A stretch of DNA of 63,565 nucleotides, filler included, from Klebsormidium nitens (taxonomy: Eukaryota > Plantae > Klebsormidiophyceae): assembly GCA_000708835.1 (NCBI GenBank). It is 4 parts of 4 records of this genome, joined end to end, with 100 filler letters (N's around TTAATTAATTAA, not from the genome) between each part and the next. Parts side by side here need not be neighbours in the genome. Positions count along the whole stretch, not along the records: positions 21,014 to 38,222 come from DF237988.1; positions 38,323 to 51,855 come from DF238065.1; 2 more parts are not named here. The stretch is one strand, 5' to 3'. The notes beneath the pieces are model-generated. The model made no database searches and had not been told where the DNA came from. It worked only from the letters and a program-made list of their open reading frames with translations. Position numbers and translations under genes: made by a program. Shown piece after piece: positions 34,287-43,577 of the stretch (its first letter is position 1; each line of letters starts with the position of its first letter).

Positions 34287-35369
34287 TCAAGCAAGCTTCA
34301 GACCGAAAAAGGCCCTGCATCTTCTGTTATTTTGCATGACCTTGCAAGGTTCGTACCCTAACTTATGCATGACCACACCCACTGCCCTTGCAGAGGGAGC
34401 ACGCTGGCCCTCGTACATGATTGCAACGAGCCTCTCGAGGAAGGAGCTCGAGGCCAGCCTCTCAGTAGGATCCACAGTGCAATGCTCGGTAATAAATTGC
34501 TTGATCACGGCCTCGACAGCGGCCGTGCTTCGCGGATGCGGGGCCTGAGGCATCACTTCCTGATCCGGGGGTTCCTGTGCGGAGACGGGAGCATGCAGCC
34601 TGGGTTCGTCGGAGCTTCCCTGGACGTCCTGGCGGTCACGTGCGGAGGTCCTACTCCGCTTGCGAGGGACCTTTAGGCTCAGGGTGGCCATCCGGAACTC
34701 GTGGTCCAACTCGGCGATGCGTACATCAGCTTGGCGCTCAGCCACCCGCGCGTTTGCCTCGACCTCGGCCTGTCGAGTCTTCTCCTTTGCAAGCAAGACC
34801 TCTGTGCTGATGTACACGCCCGACTTCCTTCCAAGCGGAGGGTTCTCTTGCAAAACGATGGGTGGCTGCTGCCTGTTTGTAGTAAGCTCCAGGTAGGCGT
34901 CCCGGATTGCCTTGAAGAAAGCTCGAACTCGCTCGCCGGCCTCTGTCTGTGCCGCCATCGCAAACCTCTCAAAGGCATCTACAGTGAGATAGTACTTCTC
35001 TGGAGCTGGGCCCTTCCGTAATCCTTCTCCCTCCTGAGCGAGGAGGGAGTTAGTCGAGCCATGCTCAATCCGTGTGAAGTCCGTGTCTTCCACGGGGCGA
35101 GCCCTCAAAGCCCGGATGGCATTGTCTCTCCTGCCATACTGCAGCCAGGTATACGCGTCGTCGAAGTTGATTGGGTAGCGCTGGCCCTTGTCATCAAAAG
35201 CTTTCACAAAAACCTTCCCTAGCTCCTCCCAGCCCTCCAGCTGGCTCACGTCAATGGCCCGGACGGCTGGGTGTGCGAGCACGCGGTCGGCAAGAGCTAC
35301 CTCCATGTCAGCTGAGCAGTTGCCCTTCTCGGCCGGAACGGTCGCCCTAAGTGTTGACGCAGCCTCCAT
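34287..35369 (-). CDS. Viral antirepressor-like (MSV199/AntA-like) N-terminal DNA-binding domain, coiled coil, and D5/P4-primase-type C-terminal winged helix
   Basis: YPINFDDAYTWLQYGRRDNAIRAL..DF..YYLTVDAFERFAMAAQTEAGERVRAFF; C-terminal IKQFITEHC..SARAVGVVMHKLGY..RAFFGLKL. Confidence 0.7.
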   Translation of the reverse strand: MEAASTLRATVPAEKGNCSADMEVALADRVLAHPAVRAIDVSQLEGWEELGKVFVKAFDDKGQRYPINFDDAYTWLQYGRRDNAIRALRARPVEDTDFTRIEHGSTNSLLAQEGEGLRKGPAPEKYYLTVDAFERFAMAAQTEAGERVRAFFKAIRDAYLELTTNRQQPPIVLQENPPLGRKSGVYISTEVLLAKEKTRQAEVEANARVAERQADVRIAELDHEFRMATLSLKVPRKRSRTSARDRQDVQGSSDEPRLHAPVSAQEPPDQEVMPQAPHPRSTAAVEAVIKQFITEHCTVDPTERLASSSFLERLVAIMYEGQRAPSARAVGVVMHKLGYEPCKVMQNNRRCRAFFGLKLA

Positions 35370-35485
35370 CCCGGGCAGAAGTTACCACTCCTGGCCTGAA
35401 CTGTTGCCTTAAGTATCGATCCGTATGCGCAAGACAGTCAGCTGTTAGACGCCATACCACATATGTAAGTGGTTTTGTGTGCAAC

Positions 35486-35609
35486 CGCGGAGGCACATGC
35501 GTGGATACACGGAGAATTCAGAGAGTCTCCCTAGGAAGGCTAAACGTGCATCTCTCAACCTGAGGTACTTTTGGAAAAAGGCTCGTTATCCGTGTATCTG
35601 CGCAGGCCA
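35486..35609 (+). repeat. R-family repeat R5
   Basis: Same consensus; lies between two divergent gene starts. Confidence 0.95.
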
Positions 35610-35831
35610 CACGAAGTCGGTCAAGAGCTAACATACTGGTACTTAGGGCATCGGCATCCGACTAAGATGCAAGCTGGTGAAATATGTGGCCGAATGCGTT
35701 TGAAACGGGTGAAATTCTTCCAGGACCACCCGTAACGATGGCGAGTCAGCAGATTATCACCCCGTCCACTCTAAAGACGATATCCCAGGGGTTCGAAAGG
35801 AGCATGACGGACCGCTTGGGGTCCATATTCG

Positions 35832-37201
35832 TTGGACTGTTCCATAATAACGGCAACGAGTACCCGGTTTCCCTTTGAAGAAGCCTGGCAGTGGTTGGAG
35901 TACAGCACAAAAGGAAGCGCACTACGCCGGTTGGAAAAGTACACGGAAGGCGTAGACTTTAACATCAATGTTAAGAGAGACACGGGGGGAGGTCCGTCCC
36001 ACAGATACTTTCTCACGACGGATTGCTTCGAGGACCTGGCCATGAAGACAGAGACGGCCGTCGGTAACAGCATTCGCCGGTACTTCCGAGCAATCAGAAA
36101 TGCATACGTTGAGGCTCTACGGTCATTCAAAGCAGTCGAGTCACGCGAGAAGGCATTGGAGATGCTTCTAGACAAGCAAGGGTGCCTCTATCTTGCGTGT
36201 ATCAACGAAAGTGGAATGGAAAGCTGTACAAGTACGGTTGCAGCACCAACCTCCAGAAGCGGAACATAGCGCATCGCAATCACTTCAAGGACCCTTACAC
36301 TTACCGGCTGGAGTGGGCTTGGAAAGCGGATCGGCCAAAGGATGCAGAGGATTCCTTCAAAGAGGACCCTCTAATCAAAGAACTTCACCAGGATGTGGAG
36401 GTTGGAGGCACTGTGCATCGATAGATCATACACTTGCCGGAACGTGTGGACAAGGACACAGTCCTGGCAATTGCTGAAAGGGCTGCCCACAAGAGCCAAC
36501 ACACGATCCAACACCTCTATGTGGGTGGAGTGAGCAACAACGAGAAGTGCAAGGAGGTCTTACTGGAAAAGGAGAAGACCCGACAAGCCGAGATCAATGC
36601 CAAGGTGCGCTTGGCTGAGTTGGATTACGCTCTGAGGATGGAAGAGCTCAAGCTTTCAGCTCGAACGCAAGCAGGGCACGCAGCACCAGAGCCTCATGCA
36701 AGTCGTCCAGCAGCTCCCCTGCTGGACGGGTGGGATCATGAGGAAACGGGAACGGTCTCGGATGCCTGCAGCACTGCGATGGTTCTGTCCAACTGCCATG
36801 TGTCCACCACTGCGGAATGTACAGAGGAGATGCCAAGAGAGGGCTCTGTGACGCTGGGAGACACCACTGAAGGAAGGGAGGAGCAGGCGGATGCCGGTGA
36901 AGGTATTGAAGTAGCCCTCGAGCAGCAAGTCCAAGATGCTGCCCAATCGGGCGACAGCCAGGCAGCGGAGCTGGTCAAGCGGTTCGTCGAAGAGCATTGT
37001 GTAGTGGGGGCGTCGGAGAAGGTGACATCCAAGGAGTTCCGTGCACGCCTTCTGGCTACTTATGGTGAAAGCTACGGGCGTCTTCTCGGCCCAAGGCGTG
37101 TCGGTATGCTTATGCACGCAAATGGTTTCGAGGCTAGAGAGGTGCAGTGCGAGCTGAAGCGCTGTAGGGGCTTTGCGAGCATCTCCCTGAAGTCGTGCTA
37201 A
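35832..37201 (+). pseudogene. Paralog of 34287-35369 with an extra T5orf172/GIY-YIG-like domain; frameshift about 36210 and TAG at 36422-36424
   Basis: FPFEEAWQWLEYSTK..YFLTTDCFEDLAM..IRRYF; GCLYL..KLYKYGCSTNLQKR..AEDSFK; EVLLEKEKTRQAE shared with the paralog; same C-terminal wHTH (KRFVEEHC..RRVGMLM..RGF). Confidence 0.75.
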
Positions 37202-37269
37202 ATAGATGCGGCACTTGTCATCGGCCATGACTTCGAGATAACATGCCACCTACAAAGTACATATTCGAT

Positions 37270-37393
37270 TGCACAGGCGCATGCACGGATACACAGAGGA
37301 TTCAGAGAGTCTCCCTATGCGATCTAAACTTGCATCACTCAAGCTCACAGACTTTTTGAAAAACGCTCGTCATCCGCGCATCTGCGCAGGCCA
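37270..37393 (+). repeat. R-family repeat R6
   Basis: Same consensus; tandem with R7 at a 206-bp period. Confidence 0.92.
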
Positions 37394-37475
37394 TGCCAAT
37401 TGAGACGCTACACAAATTGTCAGCCACGACACTTGAAACCATACCAACCACGAAGTGCTTACATTCATATCTAAT

Positions 37476-37599
37476 TGTGCGGGCGCATGCGCGGATACAC
37501 AGAGAATTCAGAGAGTCTCCCTAGGGGAGTGAAACTTGCATCTCTCAACTTCAGAGACTTTTCGAAAAACGCTCGTCATCCTTACATCTGCGCAGACCA
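37476..37599 (+). repeat. R-family repeat R7
   Basis: Same consensus; last copy before the right inner inverted repeat. Confidence 0.92.
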
Positions 37600-37721
37600 C
37601 GCCAATCAGATGTTGCACATGTTATCAACAATGACTAGACCGCTCCTGCTACCCTTACCCCTAATAAGGCATGATATGTACGTCTGTGGGTTCTACTCCG
37701 TTGCACGTGGGTTCGTTTCTG

Positions 37722-37899
37722 CATACATACATAGTGCTCACTCATGCAAGTCTATGAGAAGTCCTACTATGCATGTTTACATTTTTTTCCAGAAAGAGAT
37801 TACATATATATGTCATTTGTAGATGGTCTTATAAAATGTATACTAAGTTACAGAATTCCCCCCCCATGGGGGAAAAAAGGAAGGTGGAAACACAGTACA
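37722..37899 (-). repeat. Right inner inverted repeat
   Basis: Inverted counterpart of 24796-24982. Confidence 0.85.
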
Positions 37900-38007
37900 A
37901 AGTAGTTTTAAGGTAGATTCAAGTGAGGACTATGTATGTATCTCTTCCATTCTTGAGACGAAACGCCTCCCTGAATGATCAACACACCTCTGCACTCTAA
38001 GCCTCTA

Positions 38008-38150
38008 ACCTAGCCCAAGAAATATTTCTCGAACTGCTCCTACTCAAGTCCCTGAGCCTCTGAACTAGCCCAAGAAACATCTCGCCTTGAAATGCTCATA
38101 CACAAGTCCCTAAGCCTCTGATCTAGCCCAAGAAACATCTGCTCATACCC
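38008..38150 (+). repeat. Subterminal tandem repeats of about 55 bp (caagtccctaagcctctg..ctagcccaagaaacat)
   Basis: Three copies. Inverted motif copies ggcttaggga(a/g)ttga at about 24158-24175 and 24257-24271, and ttgggctag at 23779. Confidence 0.75.
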
Positions 38151-38632
38151 AAATCCGTTGGCCTCAATAAACATTCCTCAACCAACGCTCGCATGCACCC
38201 GCATGTGAAGCGGCGCTGAACANNNNNNNNNNNNNNNNNNNNNNNNNNNNNNNNNNNNNNNNNNNNTTAATTAATTAANNNNNNNNNNNNNNNNNNNNNN
38301 NNNNNNNNNNNNNNNNNNNNNNCTTCTCAGTGAGGAGAATGAGGAAGATGAGAAACGAGCGCATATGCTTCCGCCCTTCCATTGCATACATTCAGGCTTT
38401 GCCGCCGGGGGCCTCTACCCCCTCGGTTTCATCATGCTCATCCGCCTCATTCTCTTCAGTGAGGAGGATGAGGAAGATGAGAAACGAGCGCATCAAACAT
38501 GTTTTCGGCTGCGTTCATGCGTCGCACGTTTGGCGAAAGGTTCGATTAGTGGCGTCTGATGCCTCATTGAGTAATCGCAAAGAGAGAACGTTTGCAATTG
38601 CTTTCATTTTTGTGTATTTGAAATATCTGTAC

Positions 38633-41600
38633 CTATGTCAATATCTCTCTGCGAAAGGCTTTTGAGCTCAGACCTCGCGCGCAGTTATTCAACTTCACCC
38701 GGGGCATCATGGGGCTGCTGGGACGGCTGCTCCAGCGGCTGCGTGTCGCCCCCCCATTCCAAGTTTCTGCGGCGATCGGCTCCGTGTCGTGTTGCTCTTG
38801 AGACCCCGACCGCGGGTCGCCGCTCTCCGCGTCACCCGGGGCATTATGGGGCTGCTGGGACGGCTGCTCCAGCGGCTGCGTGTCGCCCCCCCATTCCGAG
38901 GTTTCTGCGCCGATCGGCTCCGTGTCGTGCTGCGCTTGAGACCCCGACCGCGGGTCGCCGCTCTTCGCTTCACCCGGGGCATCCTGTGTCTGCTGGAACG
39001 GCTGCGTGAGGGGCTGGGTGTCGCCCCCCCATTCCGAGGTCTCTGCACCGATCGGTTCCGTGTCGTGTTGCGCTTGAGACCCCGCTTCACCCGGGGCATC
39101 CGGGGGCCGCTGCGTGCTGCCCCCCTCTGCAGCTTTGTCACCGCCCGGCGTCTCCTGGGCATCCCGGGGCTTCTCGAGCGGCTGCGCGTCGCCCCCCCAC
39201 TCAGAGGCGTCTCCGCCGATCGTCCCCGTTTTCGTTGCTTCAATTACTCTCTCGTCTGTTTGTGTAGCAACGGACAGCTTGCGACTCTCTTCTGGTGACG
39301 TGGCGGTCGTCTGCAAAAGTATTCAGGACGCGGACGATTAGGGGGACTGAAACGTAGCTTGGGGGCGTAGTACTTAAGGCATAACGGCAAACTCGAGTTG
39401 CGAATTTCCAAGCAATGGTTTCTCCTTGATGGATTTTCATTCTCTTTCATGGATCTACGCTTTGAAACATTTTTTCGAGTTGATACAGACAGGATATTCC
39501 TCACCGGTAGTCGTAGGGGGAAGACGAGGTCGTCTGGTGTTTTTGGCGTGCAGATGCCGGGGTTTAACGAAGTTGATTTCTCGACGCTCAGCTCGGGAGG
39601 TTTTATCTGCAAGATTTGGGTATCTGTCAGATACGCAGAGTGCATTCGTGAGATTTGGTAACTTGGCGCTTGCGACCTGGAAGATTTTTAGTAGAGTGTC
39701 GCTTACGCTAACGACTACAACGGTCACGCTGATTCTCACCTGGCGTTCAGTAGCTCCTGCTTCCTTTCCTCGTTTGCGGAGTGATTCTTCGGATTTTTTG
39801 AGTACTTCAATAGCCTGAATAGAGGGAGGGATTTTCTCTTAGGTACAGTGTCTTCCGTTTGAGAAACGCTTTGGAGTGCATTTGGTTGCAGATTGTCCTT
39901 TGGTCATTGATGCAATTCACCGAATATCATTTTGCGTTGAGTTGTATGATGAGGGATCGTTACGACTTACGGCTTCTGCGAAATCGGGGTTCATGTCCTC
40001 GAGCTCTCCCCAGGCCCGTTTTTTTTTGGTAGACGTTTGCGTAACCGCTTGAGAAACGGCAGCCCTTGCTTCGTACAGCAGACCTTCTGGTAGTCTCGTA
40101 AAGGGTCCTTTAAAATTCATCGCTGCAGAGCAGTTAGTTTGTTTAGCCTCAGTGTGGAAGATGATATGGTTTGTCATGTGTCTCGAAGCGAGCCGAAGAT
40201 GCAAGTTCATTGCCTTGTGCCTGATCTATTGGCTTGCAGCACTGGTCGTTGGCCTCACCTTGGCATACGTCATCGTGGCATTTTTGATAGAAGTGCCCTT
40301 GCTGTAGGTCCACGACCATGTACACTGCAGGAGAAGATCTTGTCAACAATTGGTCTCTTGTTTGAGAGAAACTCGTGCAATGGTGCGAGTGAGCGATAAC
40401 GAACCTCGAAGCTGCCCTAAGCCACGGTCGAGGTGGTATGAGACTAGAATTTGGTTGTGAGGCTCACTGTTGTTTTGTGTGTGGTGTCTATTGACATTGT
40501 AGCAGAACTTCGTGCCCTTGAACGAGTAGGACAGGAAGCCCTCGTTGATTATGATGCGTGAGGAGATTTTGGCGCCTGCGTGACCAACGGGCTTGCTTGG
40601 AACGAGAAGCGAATTCGCCAATTTTGGTTCTCTTTGCAAGGTCCATTGGACATCGACGATGAGGAGAAGAGGACCAGCGGTGAGCAGCATGCAAAGATTT
40701 TCGTGGACCCTTAGTATTTGGGCCGAACCTTGGGCCCTGAAGTTTTCTCGAACAAACGCTGTCAAGAAGTCCTCCATGCTCTTGATGAAGATTGACGGTT
40801 TGCTGTTTTCTGATTGAGCCGTTTTGACTGGTGCTGCTGGACCGTCTTCAGGTGAGGCGTTCTGCAGGATAGCAGATCAAGTTTGCGTTACCGTCTCAGG
40901 AGTCGATCTCAGGAGGGATCTTTCTATTCGTGCAATCCTGGAACCGATTTATGACCATTTCGAGCACTGCAGGTCTGAGTCACTGTTTCTCTGCTGAAGC
41001 CTGGATTGCGGATTACCTCTCGGTGATGAAGGGGAGGAAGCGGCGTACTGGAGAGTGGCACCAGAGACGCGAGGGACCAGGTAATCTGCTTCTTGATGTT
41101 CTGCAAGTAAGAGTCAAGAAGAATGGGATCAATGGAAAAGTTTTTTGCCTGCTGTAGACAGTTTGCACCAGTCTTATCACTTTGTTTAGTTGAGATCCAA
41201 CTAGCGTTCAGGTTCTAGTAGGTCTCATCTTGGCATATCTTACCTCCTCCTTGAAGAATCTGCACGTTGGGGTAAATGGGATATTTGGCCCCTGCTGCTT
41301 CGTCGAGAATATTGTCCTTAGATGACGCGTCTTTGTGTAGACCCCTTGGTCTATAACGAGAGCTCGCTCAGCCGCGTGTCGCTGATTCACAATTAGTCTC
41401 TTGCAGGCTTCGTCACCAGAATCGGCCCGCAGGTAAACTTCCGAGCAGACCTGAACGTTGAATGAATGCTTTCAGTCTGATCAGCCGGGTGGATTGAAGT
41501 GCACGGAATGAATCTTCGGGGTGTGCAGGTTGAATGGTTGAGCAAACGGTTTCCGGGTCGCAAATTGAACTGACCTTGTCCACGAAGTCCTTCATCTCTT

Positions 41601-42638
41601 CGTGTACATTTGAGAAGCAGCGTCCGAAGATCGGGACGATCAGGTGCCTGCTGAATTTTGCTGCACGGAACGAGATAGGGCGTTTCAGTTGATTATAGAT
41701 GAGGATTCTGTCCGTCAGCGGTTCTGTGGTTTTTCCAGATGTGCACGTTCAAAAAAAGGAGAATGGACTGCCGCGATTGTGAAAAACTTTCTTTTGTAAA
41801 GTTATCATGGCGCAAGATTGCTTACTTGAGTATGATGCATCCAGTTCAACAACTCTTTCTTTCCAGATGCCCGTTCCATAGGCCTCCCTGCACACGTCTT
41901 CTGTAACTGCCAGGATCGTGTCGACGAGGTCGTCTGCCGAGAGTCCAGGATTTTGATTCTTCATGTACTCCAAGTCATAGAAGAGGTTGGCGCGCCGGCC
42001 CTGTTTGATAGGACAGGGTTCAGGAACAGGTAGGAGCATTGATGAAGCTTTGGACGCCAACAAACGATGCTTGAAGGAAGCAACTTTGCTTTTAGCTGTA
42101 ATAGACGGGATCCGAGCTTGGAAACTCACCGTGCGGAAGATTTCGTATGTGTGCTGCCACTGGAGTTTGTTCGCGGCGAAGCTGCGTCAGCGCATTCACT
42201 GATTCTCGTTAGTTTTCGATTGACAGGACTTTGCTAAACCGTGTTGGTAATGGCAGCAGAATATGGATTACTTCGGATCAAGATCGTTGACAGATGTCGG
42301 CACAGAAAAATCTGATATATGGAACGACAGTATCAAACAATGAATGGAAGCAAACAACTCTAGGCTTACCTCTTCAAGAGAGCTTCGATCGTTACTGCAT
42401 AGTAGTTGTAGGTGCCATATTCAGGATCTTGTCTGGCCAGGAATATGAGACTTTCCGCATCGAAGTACGTGTCAGCATAACGGTACATGTCGTTTAGAGT
42501 TTTAAAGTGTTGCATAACAAGCCGTTCTTTGAGGAGGTCAAATCCTGGCATGTCTGATATTGGCTGGTCGCGATTCTTGCGCATCCCCTCGCGAATGCTC
42601 GGACGGACGCATGACATCTTCGATCGATTATGCTCCAT
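38633..42638 (-). CDS. PRIMPOL: Eukaryote-type PrimPol (CCDC111-like primase-polymerase), multi-exon, with a repetitive C-terminal tail
   Basis: Motifs in order on the minus strand: QHFKTLNDMYRY..NYYAVT, LFYDLEYMKNQNPG (DxE), KFSRHLI (SxH), VIDQGVYTKTRHLR, KFCYNVNRHHTQNN + VYMVVDLQQGHFYQKCHDDVC (UL52-type Zn finger). Integrity of all exons not verified. Confidence 0.88.
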
Positions 42639-42949
42639 GACTGCTTTCCCAATTGCATATGGCGTCCAAATAGAAAGATCGAGGTGGCAGTTATTTGCAT
42701 CTGCATACTTTGTCCCTGAGGGTTGCTCCGCGGTTGGCGCCCTGACTCTTTTCCATGGACGTGGTACTAAGGAAGATTCTACTTTGAACTACAGAGGCTC
42801 TTCCTTTTAAATGACGAATCAGATCTTCATGTAACTCAATGGAAGAGGCGTGCTCAATCTTATTGCTCTTCATGCAAGAGACCAGCTCCCTCGGTCCCTG
42901 GCTGCGCCTCTGCAATTTATGGCTTTCTTAATGTATATGTACCATACGA

Positions 42950-43130
42950 CTTTAGGCCGTGCGTGCGCCGCGCGCGACCTCACCTGCCGCCGCCCGGCCG
43001 CGGTTCCGAACCACCGTACGCGCGCGCGGTACCGAACCTTTATGCGCGGCGCGCGAAACCACCCTTGGGTTCGGGCTCAAACCTCCAGGGTTTGGTGGGC
43101 CAATAGAATTCAAATTTGATGGATCGCGAG
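42950..43130. promoter_or_regulatory. CpG-dense, CGCG-rich segment between the divergent PrimPol and helicase genes (bidirectional promoter or origin candidate)
   Basis: cgcgcgcg runs and repeated CGAACC/GAAACC words in the divergent intergenic region. Confidence 0.35.
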
Positions 43131-43577
43131 CCTAGCCAATGAATGCTGCATGCTGCGCTGAGCTTGAGCGACTTTCTGACTGCTCTCTGCGGACTCTGAG
43201 CTGTCTCAGATACTCTGATAACCTGCGTAAGTCACACCGTGATACCCATAAAAGTGATTCTTTGGGACCTGCGTTCAGCTCACAACTTGTTCGCAGGTCG
43301 ATCGGTTTCAAAGTGCGCCTCTTTTCATTAAGCGTAGGCTCTTTCTTCTGCCGTTTTTTACTTTGAGCTGATGGTCTAGGTAATCAGTTTGCATAGGTTC
43401 CTTATCTTCTTTCAGCCATCCTCACGGTTTCCTCAGCTTGAGGGCCGTAGTGATTCCAGCTGCACGTGTTGAAGAGTTGATCTCTTTAGCAGGCGGTTTT
43501 GCTATTTGTGAGCGATTGGCTTCACAGCACCAGTGGTAGCAGCTAGCAGGTTTCCTATCGGTAGCGAAGTTGACAAG

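Larger units (their letters stand above)
21014..38222. mobile_element. Large TIR-bounded element (TG..CA termini) carrying virus-derived cargo; no transposase visible inside
   Basis: 21014-21033 TGTTCAGCACCGCTTCATAT versus the reverse complement of 38203-38222 TGTTCAGCGCCGCTTCACAT (18/20); inner inverted repeats and shared subterminal motifs. Confidence 0.65.

Noticed and set aside
25062-37599. R repeats as a CRISPR array or as a coding repeat
   Set aside because: Units are 124-206 bp separated by whole genes. The short ORFs across them (RGYTEDSESLPR..) have inconsistent starts and stops and reflect the DNA repeat.
25062-37599. R repeats as promoters or terminators
   Set aside because: They sit between convergent ends (R4) and divergent starts (R5) in the same orientation.
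12000-38222. A complete endogenous giant virus
   Set aside because: No capsid, PolB, RNA polymerase or packaging ATPase is recognisable; only accessory and replication genes are present.
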